The notes under the pieces: generated by a model
The model's input: the letters and a program-made list of their open reading frames with translations, nothing else
Database searches by the model: none
What the model was told of the DNA's origin: nothing
Made by a program: the position numbers and the translations under genes
Part shown: piece after piece, positions 1-12,177 of the stretch
How the letters are laid out: each line of letters opens with the position of its first letter
How positions within the stretch are numbered: position 1 is the stretch's first letter
NCBI GenBank assembly: GCA_013265495.1
Contig: MU058198.1
Location: 4,665,779 to 4,729,778, forward strand
DNA: 64,000 nucleotides
Direction: 5' to 3'
From: Vicugna vicugna
Lineage: Eukaryota

Positions 1-850
1 GTTTTACTCCCCAATAGTGCGTTTCCATGGCTCTTGGTTATACAGTGTAAGACCATTCCACTCCGTAAGAAATTGATCAGGTATGCAAGTGAGGTGCCTT
101 CTCAGCCTTCTTCCATTAGAAAGTTGGAGACCCATAACTTTATGCTATTTCAGTCCCTTTTATAAATTGCCAGTACTTCCACAAATTTAATTATCTTAAA
201 TATTATGTGAGTTTCCTATAAATCATACTGAGTTTCACTCCATTAGACTAAAACAACACTCCCAAATCTTTTTGTGACGGATTCTTTCTGGCTTCATTTT
301 AGAGTTGGAGTGCAATGAAACAACACTAGTAAGATGCTTAGAAGTCTTTTTGTCTAGCTGAGAGTTCATAAGGCATGCCCATGGGTGTTAACAAAGGATC
401 TCAGTCTCATCCATGCAATGATCTTTACCCTGAGGCTATTTCTTGTATTGAGAAATTTTGCTGTCTTGAGAGACTGGGAATGAGAAATAGTTTTATTTTT
501 GAATCTAGGAGTCCTGGCTCCCTTATCTTTCCTCTGAATTATTAATGAAATTGAAAACTAAAGCGTTCATCTCTTTCCATTTGTACTTTTATATGTAGCT
601 AAACAAAATCAACTGGCAGTTTCAACATTCTTCCTGGGAATCTGTTTTCCACGTTACCTCAGACAACAATGTTGCCAAACTTTTCACCGTGAAGGATACT
701 TATCCTCTTCATTCCAGGCTCTAATAACAAGTTCCTTACTTTCCTAAGACTCCTTTAGTCTCTTCCAGCTCTTGTCTACAACTCAGTCCAAAAGACAGTT
801 TCACATATATTATTGGTGGTGGTGTTTAATGGCAGCACACCATTCCAACT
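1..850 (-). mobile_element. ERVL-MaLR (MLT1-type) LTR/internal relic
   Basis: Degenerate MLT1-like motifs (aatgttgccaaacttttcacc, ccaggctctaataacaagttcctt, ggcagcacaccattcc); boundaries approximate. Confidence 0.35.
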
Positions 851-859
851 ACTAATTTA

Positions 860-1000
860 TGAGCTGATCATTTACTGTTGTATTTTACAAACCACTTCAA
901 AACTTAGAGGTATAAAACAAAAGCAGATTTATTATGCTTACAATAATTTGAGCTTGGGATTTAGTTAGGGCATAACAGGGACCATTATTACTTGTCTGTG
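860..1000 (-). mobile_element. MLT1 LTR 3' end
   Basis: acaaaccacttcaaaacttagaggtataaaacaa resembles the antisense MLT1 terminus. Confidence 0.55.
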
Positions 1001-1289
1001 CTGTATAATATAGCAATAGATAATTAATGATGTTATTCTACCCTTTTCTCATGATAGTATGTGTGGCAGAAAACTTTTCTTTTTAGTTTATAGGTTTAGG
1101 AATCAAGATGTAGAGATCTTGGCCTTTGTGCCTATTGCCATCATTAAATGGGACTTCCAGGCGAACCCCTTTAGGGAGGGGAGGAGTGTTTTGTGTGTGT
1201 ATGTGTAGAAGGAATGGAAGTGACTATGCAAGAAAAGAAGGAACACAGCACTATAGTCATAATATTTGCTGTTTCTTCCTCTGGGGGAC

Positions 1290-1622
1290 AATTATACTTC
1301 TCCACTCCATTGATACCTGACAGACCATGTAACTTTCTTTGGCCATGAAATACGAGCAGACATGTGATGTGTCATTGTGAGCGGGAGTTTTATGGTTACC
1401 TTAAGATGCTTCCCTTTTATCTCTTCCCTCTGCCATGAGAGTGGCATGTCCTGGATAAGTGCTGCTTTCTCAGCCTTGGACCTGGAGTGAAAAATATGTG
1501 CAGCAGCTGATTCACGATGGATGTGTAACGTGAGCCTGAAATCAACCTTTGTTGCTGGAAGCCATTGAGATTTCAGGATCACTTGTTACTACAGCATTAC
1601 TGAACCTAAGTTGACTCATACA
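1290..1622 (+). mobile_element. MLT1 (I/J-like) LTR
   Basis: ccatgtaactttctttggcca...aagccattgagattt...ttgttactacagca...gactcataca, a typical MLT1 LTR end. Confidence 0.7.
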
Positions 1623-1699
1623 ATGACCCTCCAGTTCTCTTTCTGCTTCATGGAGACTGCCTGCCTGTCTGCCTGCCTGCCGTGAGTCTGTGTAACTGT

Positions 1700-1863
1700 G
1701 GGGAGAAGAGCACATGTGGACCTACATCAGATTTGTAACAGAAACAGAAACAGTACATCAACGTTTCTTTTCTCTTTTTTTCTGTTAAGCCTCTGAAATA
1801 TGGGAATTATGCTTTTTTAAAAAAAAACCCTGCAACATAAATAAGCCTATTCTGACTTATACA
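1700..1863 (+). mobile_element. MLT1 LTR 3' fragment
   Basis: ttaagcctctgaaatatggg...gcctattctgacttataca. Confidence 0.5.
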
Positions 1864-1894
1864 GACCTCTTCTCTCTGGGTATTGATCCTACTT

Positions 1895-2056
1895 TTGTTG
1901 AAAAATTTGTTCATTGTGGATTTTTGCATTAATTTTGATTTTTCAAAATACTGCATTAAAATACTATTTATCTTGATTACTGAGTTTTCAGGGAAGGCAT
2001 CCTTAAGTTTTGCACTGATGAGTGTCTCACTTTCTTCTCCTTAATCTTGGCCCTGC
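1895..2056 (-). mobile_element. hAT-Tip100 MITE, MER96B-like
   Basis: gcattaattttgattttt...tttatcttgattactgagtttt...ttttgcac...ggccctg terminus. Confidence 0.6.
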
Positions 2057-2959
2057 CCTGAGGTGATGTAGATGAATACAGTATTATTCTTGAAGGCCAC
2101 ATGACTTGACCTTGTTATCTATTCTAAACAGAAGGCTTTGAATCCTGAGACATCCTGGCCAGAGTATCACAACACCATAAGAAGCATAAGGGCACAAGAT
2201 TTTTAGATGGAAAAGATCTTAGAGATAAAATATCTTAAGCTTTCTGTTGGAGAGAAGGCAACTGAAACTCAAAGGGATAAAATAATTTGACCAAAGTCAC
2301 ACAGCTGATAAATTATAGATCTTATATATCCAAATTCATTATCTGTTGCCTCAATTTTAGCATTCATTTAGCTGCAATAAAAAGAACCAATTCTAGATCC
2401 TTTTCATCACAAAAAGAAATCATCTCCTTGTTAAATTTCATTTGGGTATTCTGGGAATGTTGGGAAATAATAAAAATCTGGAGTTCCTTTCCTGGAACTC
2501 CAGAGCATGGTTTTACTCCAGTTTAGTCTATAAATTGACATGGATTATGAGGTTGTATGGTATTTAGCTTTATGATAATTACCTATTTGAATAGCTGATA
2601 AGAGTTAATTTATCCTGAAGACAACTAGAAATAAAAGAATAATTGGGTTATAAAATTAAAGCAATAACATCTGTAGTTTCTACTACATTGAACATATTTG
2701 ATGTAGAGAATATTTCAATTAGGCTGAAAAAAAACTGGATGCTTTTTCATCCTTATATTCTTCCTCAAAAGATAAAAAGGCCTAGCACACTCAAAAAGTA
2801 ATCAAAATTAGGAAACTTTCTTGGCCTCTGGATATTTCACATTTGTCTAGAGCAAAATATATATTCTTAATCTCAGATATTCTTACATGACCAGTCACTG
2901 CTGAAGTGGAATAAGGGATCAGCCTTCTGTGAATGTAGTTTAACAGTATGAATGGGCAA

Positions 2960-3086
2960 TTTCTGCATAATTAATGGCTCTACTTAAATCAGACAGTCAT
3001 GGATTCCAAAGCTGGTACCACTGATAAATCTCTGTGACTTTGGGTAAGTTTCTTAACCTCTCTGAGCCTCAGCTTTCCTACCTATA
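2960..3086 (+). mobile_element. MIR SINE
   Basis: Core tgtgactttgggtaagtttcttaacctctctgagcctcagctttcct. Confidence 0.7.
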
Positions 3087-3100
3087 TTCACTCATGACTT

Positions 3101-3778
3101 CTTTTTTTTTTTAAATTGAACTATAGTTGATTTACCATATTGTGTTAGCCTCAGGTGTATAGCAAAATGATTCAAGGATATAAATAAATGTATATGTGTG
3201 TGTGTGTGTGTATATATATATAATCTTTTTCAGATTCTTTTCCAATATGGGTTATTACAAGATACTGAATATAGTTCCCTGTGTATACAATAAATATTTG
3301 TTGCTGATCTATTTTATATATAATAGTGTATATCTGTTAATCCCATACTCCTAATTTATCCCTTCCATCCTTTCCCCTTTGGTAACCATAATTTTGTTTC
3401 CTATGTCCGTGAGTCTGTTTCTGTTTTGTAAATAAGTTTATTTGCGTTATTTTTTAGATTTCACATGTAAGTGATATCCTATAATATTTGTCTTTCTCTG
3501 TTCAACTTATTTCACTTAATATGATAATCTTTAGGTCCATCCACTTGCTGCAAATGGCATATCTCATTCTTTTTATGGCTGAGTAAAATTCCATTGTATT
3601 TATATATACCACATCTTCTTTATCCAGTCATCTGTTGATAGACACTTGGGTTGCTTCCATGCCTGGGCTGTTGTAAACAGTGTTGCTATGAGCATTGTAG
3701 TGCATTATCTTTTCAAATTAGAGTTTTCATCTTTTCTGGATATATGCCCAAGAGTGGGATTGCTGGATCATATGGTAA
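3101..3778 (-). mobile_element. 5'-truncated artiodactyl/camelid L1 (3' UTR plus end of ORF2) with 12-bp TSD
   Basis: Poly(T) at 3102, L1 3' UTR motifs, gggattgctggatcatatggta; CACTCATGACTT at 3089-3100 and 3779-3790. Confidence 0.9.
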
Positions 3779-3999
3779 CACTCATGACTTATTAATTAAA
3801 ACAGTGTGAACTTTGTTTCAGAAACTCTTCTGACCACTGGGGGGCGAAATGGAAAAGACATGATACCTGATCTCAAATGGCTTATAATAAAATATAAACA
3901 CAAATATCCACACAGGACAACATTTGTTATTATATAAAAGTAGTATAAAAGAAAGCAGAGATTAAAAAAAAAGAAGGTAGGTGTCACTTCCATTTGGAA

Positions 4000-4207
4000 A
4001 TAGCTTACCAACGTTGGGTAGAGGAGGTGGGGAGAAGTTTGACCTGGGTGCAAGCAATTATAGAAAATTCAAAAGCAATAATTAAACCAACTCAAAATCA
4101 ATCTACTTTCTATTATCACTGTATGCTGGCAATTTCTGAATAACGTCAGTGACCAAATACTTCTCTGTTTTGGAGACGACCATTCCTACCCCTTGTTACA
4201 CCACCAT
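4000..4207 (+). mobile_element. hAT-Tip100 MITE, short MER97-like
   Basis: gggtgcaagcaat...tattatcactgtatgctggcaatt...gtcagtga...ccccttgttacaccac. Confidence 0.5.
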
Positions 4208-4868
4208 CTGGAGGGTTGAAGAAAGGATTCAGAAAGGAGGTGGAAGAGAAGCCTGGCCTTGAAGCATAGTTAAGGTTTATGGGAGAAATACTGAATACCT
4301 TTCAAGGCAGATGTGGTTTAAAGTTGGGATGCAGGAAGACATATATTATACCTCATTGTTTTATTTATTTAAGTCCTTTTTTGCAATTAGTATAGTATTT
4401 TAAATCTGATTATTAATATTTAGAAGGAGTTGATTGTTAGCTCTTTAACACATGCATATTTATTTTTAAGTGTAATTAACAGGTAGAAGAAGAAATATGT
4501 GTAAGCTGTAAGACCACACAGTGAAATGTCTTCAAGAATTGTTATGATTACTCTGACTTGGAGAACTAGGAAATTGGGAGTAAAAGGAAAAATTTTAGGT
4601 TTGGAGGTGTCCTGTGAGTGAAGAAGCAAGTCAAAACCTTGTATTCAATACCATCAGCTTCTTTTTTTCTTTTCTTATTTTTTCCATTTATCAGGATAAA
4701 ATGGTTGACTCAAGAAATAGGCTGCTACTTCTAATGTGTTTGATTTAAGAGTTAACAAGATAGGAGGTGAATTTATATTCTGATAATCAAACTTGGAGCA
4801 TTTGGAACAAGGGTAAATAACAGGTATAGAGTGAAAAGATGGTGGAAGGCAGAACCTTGATCATAGTA

Positions 4869-4871
<3 letters not shown>

Positions 4872-4909
<38 letters not shown>
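4872..4909. repeat. (GT)19 microsatellite
   Basis: Direct reading. Confidence 0.95.
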
Positions 4910-4912
<3 letters not shown>

Positions 4913-5550
4913 ACTTGTTAATTTAATTTTCGTGCCCATTATGCTTGTTCAGCTATTGCTTCAATTCTGGACCTGACTTTTTGATCTTCCTCTTAAAAAA
5001 GCTGCTGAAGTCAGGGGCCCAGCCATAGTGAAGCCATAGCCCAAGAGAAATCAGTAAGAAACATCTTGTCTACTGTCAGCTATCAGCATCTCAGCAGAGC
5101 ACACCTTCAGCGTAGACAAGGGAAGATGATTGGGTGCAACTCCAACACTTTTCTTTGACCACCCCTTGGTTTCAAGAATCTGGGAGTAATGAGCACTTAA
5201 TTTATCTGTTTGTGGGACTGGGTTAGGAAGGATTGGGTAATGCAGTTCTCACCCCCTCATCCCTTGAGCTAACTCAGGGGCCATCTGAGACAGATGACAA
5301 GGAAGAGTGGTATGTCCTGAAGAGCATGAATGGTTCATGCCACAGAATGCTTGTGATGCAGTGAAAGAATGTGAGTCCAGAGAGTAATCTGGGGAAGGAT
5401 GCATGGGGGGAAAGACCAGAGGAGGTATATTTGTTATTCTAAGGGGTTTTGTTTGAATCCAAAGGCAGTGGGGGCCTTTGGAGCATATAAACCAGTAGAT
5501 GCTAGAGAATATTAGCCAAGTCAACATACTGAAATGTTAGGAAGACTTAC

Positions 5551-5641
5551 CCAATGGTGAGATAGATTACAAACAGAGTAGGCATGGTTGACATTGTTAA
5601 ATGACAGGCTTGCATCTGATAAGGTTTCCCTACGGTATTGC
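5551..5641 (-). pseudogene. Candidate exon, 91 bp, phase 2->0, open (QYRRETLSDASLSFNNVNHAYSVCNLSHHW)
   Basis: ctattttag acceptor, TGG|gtaagt donor; in frame with the candidate at 5998-6263. Confidence 0.4.
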
Positions 5642-5997
5642 CTAAAATAGGTGGGGGGTTGAGTAATCTACTCAAGTCCCTTGGGACCACAAGGAAAGAT
5701 ATTCCATTGCCAAATGGAATTGTGGAGAAGGCCATCACAATGGTTGGCATACCCACCCCCTTTTTTTGTGAATATAATTAGGATGTACTTGGATTCCAAA
5801 GGTTGGATTAGATTACCTATAAAGACAACTTTTAGCTTTATAAAAAATACTTCCCTTAAATTTCTTCCTATTCAACTACAATAACTGAATTTATAATTTT
5901 CAAAATGTAGAACCCATTCGTTTCCCTAGACAGAAATGAAGCATTCCAATTCCCCAGCCATTTACAATGTCAAACTCTCCTTAGTCCTTCACGTTAC

Positions 5998-6263
5998 CTT
6001 TTGAAAGCTCCTGTGTATCCCTGAAAAGGTTCCTTCATGGCTGTGTTGGTATGTTGGCTACATTGGGTATGTTGCCATGTCTTTCTCCCCAATACAAAAT
6101 CAAACCAGCCATTTTTATGTCCTTTTGGATGAAGAAGCTCCAGTATTGGATTCATTACATTGTATTTACCTTCAGAGGAGCTACCTGTGGGCTGATTGCT
6201 GAGAGCATCACATACAGTACAACCACTGCTGACTAGCATCTTGCCTGGTCACACAGAACTTTC
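5998..6263 (-). pseudogene. Candidate exon, 266 bp, phase 0->2, one stop (ESSV*PGKMLV...EPFQGYTGAFK)
   Basis: cattttag acceptor, AAG|gtaacg donor; alternative donor AAG|gtaaat at 6170; overlaps ORF 5994..6239. Confidence 0.35.
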
Positions 6264-6799
6264 CTAAAATGACCTATAAACCCATGAACTATTTCTGCAT
6301 ATGATGATGTCTCCCCCATCTTTTCCTGCTCCCCAGAGCCTGTGCATGAGGCAGAATACTGCCTTAAAATGCAATAAATTTCATGACACTTTATCATTCT
6401 AATAGCCATAAAATTACCAAATACCGCATCTTCTATTTTTCAGCCTGGTAGCTAGGGAAACAAATTCATGTGCACATCTTTCTTCAGAAAGCAGAACTGA
6501 CTAAAGGTCAGGAGTTTACCTTTTTATTTTGGTTTGTTGCTATTTTATTTGGGATTTATCCTTTTTTTCACTCTCTCCCTTTCTGATCCACAGCATCAAA
6601 ATATAAAGACAATCAATAAGTAGAACTGGAAAGATTGAGATGCATTAAACAATGTGAAGAAAAGGGCTGACATCCTTTAAATGTCTCCATAAAGAGTTTT
6701 AACTTTATTCTCCCTGGAAGGAGAGTTTGGGGATTCACACGTTCTGTATGCTCGTTTTCAACAACCCCTGCCATCATGTTGGTACCAAACTGAAATTAC

Positions 6800-7115
6800 C
6801 AGGATTTAATCACTCTTAAAAGCTGTTAGTGGATCCCCATTGCCTATAAGAACATCCTGGCCTCAGTCGGTCTTTCCAGTTTCAGTGCTTTCAACCATGA
6901 GCCTTTTGACCTCAACTCCTGACTACTTATCCTTGTGACAACCTGTGTGCTGTCATGCCCATATACCTTTGTACCCTCCGTTCCTGCTGCCTGAGATACT
7001 CCTTGACTTAGTCCTTTAGAGCTAGACTATAAACTCTAAGGCAGGGATCATGTACCTCCAGTGTGAAGCCCACTGTCTCATACGTATAGTAGATGCTCAA
7101 TAAATGTTAATTTAC
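6800..7115 (+). mobile_element. L2 LINE 3' region
   Basis: ccccattgccta...gctagactataaactc...ggcaggga...tagatgctcaataaatgtt. Confidence 0.65.
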
Positions 7116-7199
7116 TCACTGCCTGACCCAGCTCAAAAATTACCTAAAATTATCTCTTTCTTCCTGAATTGTGACTTTTTATATATCTTTCTACAAGTA

Positions 7200-7932
7200 T
7201 CCAGTAGGATCTGTAGGCAGTTTATTCTTTTAATCATTGTATATTTGAAAATGCCTTTATTTTGCCTTTACATTTAGCCAGATATGAAACTATAGTTTAT
7301 GGTTATTTCCCCTCAGCACTGTGAAGATAGATCACTCCATTGCCTTGTGACATTAATGGTTGTGGGTGAGAAGTCTGCTGACAATGTAATTGTCATTTCT
7401 TTGTGGGTAATCTATTTTCTTTCTGGTAACATGAAGATTATTTTTTTTCTTGATGTCCTTAAATTTCCCTAGGCTGTGTCTGGATGTGCATTCATTTTCA
7501 TTTATACTACCTGGATCTGGTGCATCTTTCAGCAGATCTGGAAAATTCTCGGCCGTTATCTTTTTAAATATTTCTACTCTGCGACTCATATTCTATACTT
7601 AAATTTTTTTTCTGTTAGACATATTTTGAAGACTATCAATTTATTCTCTATGTTTCTTAATTATCGTTCAATGAAAAAATATTTTTACCTCTCTGCATTT
7701 TACTGCTGTCTCAGTAATACTCTCGACTTACCAATTCTTGCTAATTATATCCAGTCTAGTGTTTATATCATCTACTGATTTAAAAATTTTAATGACCATA
7801 TTTTTCATGTCTAACATTTCTAGGAGATGCTTTTTAGTGTACATTTATAACCATTTGTGTCTCCTCATAACTTCTTGGGTTTTAAAAAGTAATGTTATTT
7901 GTTATTGCCTCCTTTTCTTTCTTTCAAGGATA
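7200..7932 (-). mobile_element. Old L1 (L1M/L1ME-type) ORF1 relic, apparently resuming at about 8974-9150
   Basis: ORF 7353..7589 reads IFKKITAENFPDL...SRHSLGKFKD, matching the L1 ORF1p motif I.EI..ENFPNL...PRHI..K. Confidence 0.8.
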
Positions 7933-7940
7933 TGGAACAT

Positions 7941-8965
7941 TCATTAATTAATAATTAGATTTTCATTTTTTCCCCAAGATTTAATGACATAAAATTGACA
8001 TATAACATTGTGGAAGTTTATGGTATACAGTGTTGATTTGATACACTTACATTGCAAAAATGATTACCACCATAGTCTTAGCTAACATCTTCATCTCATC
8101 ATATGATTATCATTTTTGTGTGTGTTGTGAGAGCATTTAAGATTTACTTCCTTAGCAACTTTCAAGTATACAGTACAGTATTATCAACTATAATCAGTAT
8201 GTTGTATTTTCGATCCCCAGAACCTATTTGTCTTATACTTGGAATTTGAACCCTTTGATCAGCATCTCCCCATTCTCCACCCCACCCCTGACCTCAACTC
8301 CCTCCCCAACTCCTGGTAACCACAGTTCTACACTCTGTTTCCAGTGTTTTTAGATTCCATATATAAGTGATACCACACAGTATTTGTCTTTCTTTGTCAG
8401 ACTTATTTCACTTAGCATAATGTCCTCAAGGTCCATCCAAGTTGTTTGCAAATGGCAGGACTTGCCTACTTCCTTACTTCCTTCTCATGGCTGAATGATA
8501 CCTCCCACATATTCTTTATCCATTCACTAAAACTGTTCCACTTACCCACTATGATGCATCCAAACTCAGTTTTTTTTTGTTGTTGTTTGTTTTGGTTTTT
8601 TTTTTTTTTTTTTTGCTCCGACAGTGTGCTGGAACCTTTCCTCTTGAAACCTGGACTTCCATAAAGGCTCTCTCATCTGTGGGGGATTATCTAAGACTGT
8701 TTTCCAGGGGCTCACATAGTGTCTGAGAGGGACTGGAGCCATTCCATGGGCCACTGCAGAGTCTACAGCCAAGACCAAGGTCTACCTGCCAATTATCCGA
8801 CACAAGGTGGGGTGAGGCTCCTCCCAGGTTCCTTAGCATGTGGTGCTGGATCCCACAGCTCCCTAAAGGCATTTGGCCCATAGATGGATACTAAATCTTT
8901 GTTGTTGTGGGGAGGGCACAAAAATGAGGGGCTTCTTATGCCACCATGATGCTGATGTCACTCTC
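7941..8965 (-). mobile_element. L1MA-type element with both termini and a large internal deletion
   Basis: L1MA8/9-like 3' UTR at 7965-8528; L1 5' UTR ending GAGAGTGACATCAGCATCATGG at 8965; TGGAACAT at 7933-7940 and 8966-8973. Confidence 0.7.
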
Positions 8966-10610
8966 TGGAACATATTACTTAAATGTTAACTTCAGATTAT
9001 TCTATTACTTCCATTATTGTTATTTTCATTAATGATCATTCCTTGCTGATTGTTCATGATGGATTCTATAGGATTTCTTCCTTAACATTAGCTCTTACTG
9101 CATGCTTTATTATTTTGTATTGTTGTCTCGTCTCCAGTGAAAACCTTTTTTCCCTCCTCTTCTTCTCTGTGCTGACTCCTCCCTACTTACCACATTTGCA
9201 GCTGGCTCTTCGTGACCTCTGGTCATGTGACCCCTGGTCCAGGACCCCGAGTCTTCTCTTGTTGTTTTAGAGCAATTGTTGATAATACTGGACTCACAGA
9301 GATGCAGCCACTGAGCCACTGAGATGCGGGTCCAAGTTTTGGGTAGAGGCTGTGTTTACTCCCTCCTGCCTGCCTCACTGTCTCATTGTCGTAAGTCTCA
9401 GCTTTTTCAGCTTTCTTTCAGAGGTGGGAAAAGATAGTCTAGCTCCTGGGCTCGAGCAGTAGTCTTGGCTCTTGTCCCCTTCCTGTCTTGGGGAATGTTT
9501 AGTCTCCATTTTCTTGCAGGAGCCAAACTCCTGGCTGCCTTGTGACTGCTCCTTTACCACCATCAGTTTCTGCTCTATCGATAATTACCCTTGGCTGTTT
9601 TGGGGACTGGTGTGACACAGATTGGAGGGTAGGACTTTTATTTTGTGGTTCAAGGAGAGGTTAATTTTTCCTTCTCACTCTCACAGAATACAAATAAGGA
9701 AGCCTGTTGCTCTAATTACTATAGCAAGTCATCTTACTGCTGTTAAGGACCCATCTTGTGACCATGAAGAAAAGTTCATACTAGGGCAATGTGTCAAGTA
9801 TATGAATTAATTTTTATTTTTTATACCTTATATGAATGTACATCTTTACTAATTACTTTTTATATTTTGTCTTTTGTTGTCATGTATTTGGAAAGACATG
9901 TACCTTATAATTTTCCCTTGACCAGAAGTCAAGCTATACCTTTTTACCTCCATGACCTGCAGTGGATGCAGTGGTGAACTGGCCAGATTCCCCTCAGAAC
10001 CAAACCACTCATTCCTCAGCTTCTCGGAGTGTTGGCTCCTGGCTGCTCCTAGCTGAGTCACTCTGCCAGTCTTGTTTTCAGCTGAAGGGAGCTGCCTTGC
10101 CAAAAGTTATGACCTTTCCTCAGGAACAGTGAAATTCCAGTGACTGGTCAAGTAGGGGCACAGAGGCCTGGCTCCCTCACTTCCATTCAAGATAGTGATA
10201 AAAAGCCATCCCCCCATCCAGAGCTCCCGAGGGATGATCTCAGGCCTTTGCCACAACTGCACTGTTATTCAACTTCTTCCTTTTATCAGTTTTTCTTCAC
10301 TCACTGCTTTACAGGCTCTAATTCTAAGAGCACCTCCAACAGACCTCCGTCTCAGTGGTCTGTGTCCTGGGAAACTATTTCAGACATTCCTCTGTGGGTG
10401 GAGAACATCTAGGTCTCCCTCAGGGCCTCATCCAGTTGCTTCTTCATAGTAGACATTCAGGAATGTGTGTGGCATAAAAGCAGCGTTGCCCAAATTTGAC
10501 CTGCTCAGTTTTCCCAAGCCACATAATTTTTCTGATTTTACTAACAAAACTTGGACCTTCAAAGTATGAGAAATTAATCTTGGGCCAAACGTAAGATAAC
10601 ATTCACTTAC

Positions 10611-10767
10611 TCTGCAAGTTTCTAGTTTAATTGAACTTTAATGTTGCCTGGATGAACCCAGCACGGTTGACACTTTTGTAATACATTGGAAGATGGATTA
10701 CTTGCACACAGAGTATTAATGTGGGAGGTGGAGGCAGATAGCAGCATGATCAAGAACTGAGCATAGA
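10611..10767 (-). pseudogene. Candidate exon, 157 bp, phase 1->2, one stop near its end
   Basis: Pyrimidine tract plus tttacag acceptor, AGA|gtaagt donor; VYAQFLIMLLSAST...KVQLN*KLA. Confidence 0.35.
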
Positions 10768-11527
10768 CTGTAAATTGAAGTTTGGCAGTAGAAAGGAAAG
10801 GCAGTGTTGGAGAATGGTAATAACAGTCATTCTTTTTCAAACATCACTGGAGTTGGGACAGCATCGTGGCTTTACCTCCAAGCTGACTCAAAATCTTTGC
10901 TGGGCACTCTCTTCTCAGGATTGGCAATTAAGATCAGTCAGGCAACTCTTATCTCAGAGGGCACATTAAGGTGAGTCTGCTCTCTGTGGGGAGCAGAGAG
11001 AGGGTGATTGATGGGGAGGCTCACATCTGGAGAAACAGTGCAGTGTAGGGAGGTGAGGCATTTCATAAATGTGTTGTCAGGTGCCTGAGAGTTCTCTGTG
11101 AGGGTATTGAATTGGTACATTGCCATGTTGGCCTTAATAATCATTAAAATAGAAGCATGTCCTGGATCATCCACCAATGGTAGGCCCTGTTGCTTACCTA
11201 TCTTGTGTCCTACTTCCCAGTCATCTATTCAAAGCCTCATCTTTTCTTCAGGTATTTCCATGCCCTACTCTGCCCATGTTCTCAAGGCAGATTCTGGTTT
11301 CTTTATGTAAATCATGGCAACCCTATTTTCCTCGCAAATACTTGTTTCAGGAGCCCAGATTTAAGTAAACTAGCATTCCCTGGTGACTTAAAAGTGTGGG
11401 GTAGGCTTAAGATTGCCAGGACGACTTATTATTTTGTGGTTGGGGGAAAGATTTTTTTTCCCCTCTCTCACTCACAGTTTACAAAAAAGTAAAACCAGTT
11501 TCCCTAGTTGCCTCTAGTTGACCATGA

Positions 11528-11803
11528 AGGAAGCCATCTTGTGTAGACATAGGAAGTCATCTGTGTATATGCAGGAAGCCATCCTGTGTACACACAGGAA
11601 GCCATCTGTGTACACACAGAAAGTCATCTGTGTACATGCAGGAAGTCATCTGTGTACACACAGGAAGTCATCTGTGTACATGCAGGAAGTCATCTGTGTA
11701 CACACAGGAAGTCATCTGTGTACATGCAGGAAGTCATCTGTGTACACACAGGAAGTCATCCGTGTACATGCAGGAAGTCATCTGTGTACACACAGGAAGC
11801 CAT
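11528..11803. repeat. Minisatellite, 22-bp unit AGGAAGTCATCTGTGTACA(CAC/TGC), 12 units plus a partial
   Basis: Units counted directly; strict CAC/TGC alternation from unit 4 to 12 gives a 44-bp higher-order repeat. Confidence 0.95.
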
Positions 11804-12177
11804 TTTTTCACCACATGGAAGCCAATATGAGTCCACATACAGCGAAAAGCAGTCAACAAAATCTCAAAAATGTAAACAGAGTCCTGATTTTACTTACTAT
11901 AGGCCCTGCCTCCCCTTGACTTAATGATATGTGAGGTGATACATTTCCTTATTGTTTAAACAGACTGAGCTGAGGCCACCTGTTATTTACAGGAAATACC
12001 ATCTTGTTTGACATATATATCCTTATGCTCAAGTATTGTTTTTGCATGTGGTTTATAATTTCATTGGCATCAAGTAATCATGGGTGCCAATTAAAGGCAG
12101 CATTTACCTTTAAAGACCTAGGTAGGCAGATCAGGCTGTCAGTAGACTGGCATTTCCAATGCCAAAGTAATAATAAT

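Noticed and set aside
5998..6263. Faint resemblance of LGRKTW...KEPF to the GREB1 C-terminal region
   Set aside because: Only a few residues from memory and no support from the other exons; no gene symbol assigned
11518..11924. Repetitive Cys/His ORFs resembling zinc fingers, and a CRISPR-like look
   Set aside because: Translation of a stop-free 22-bp tandem repeat; no C2H2 spacing, no unique spacers, and the context is eukaryotic
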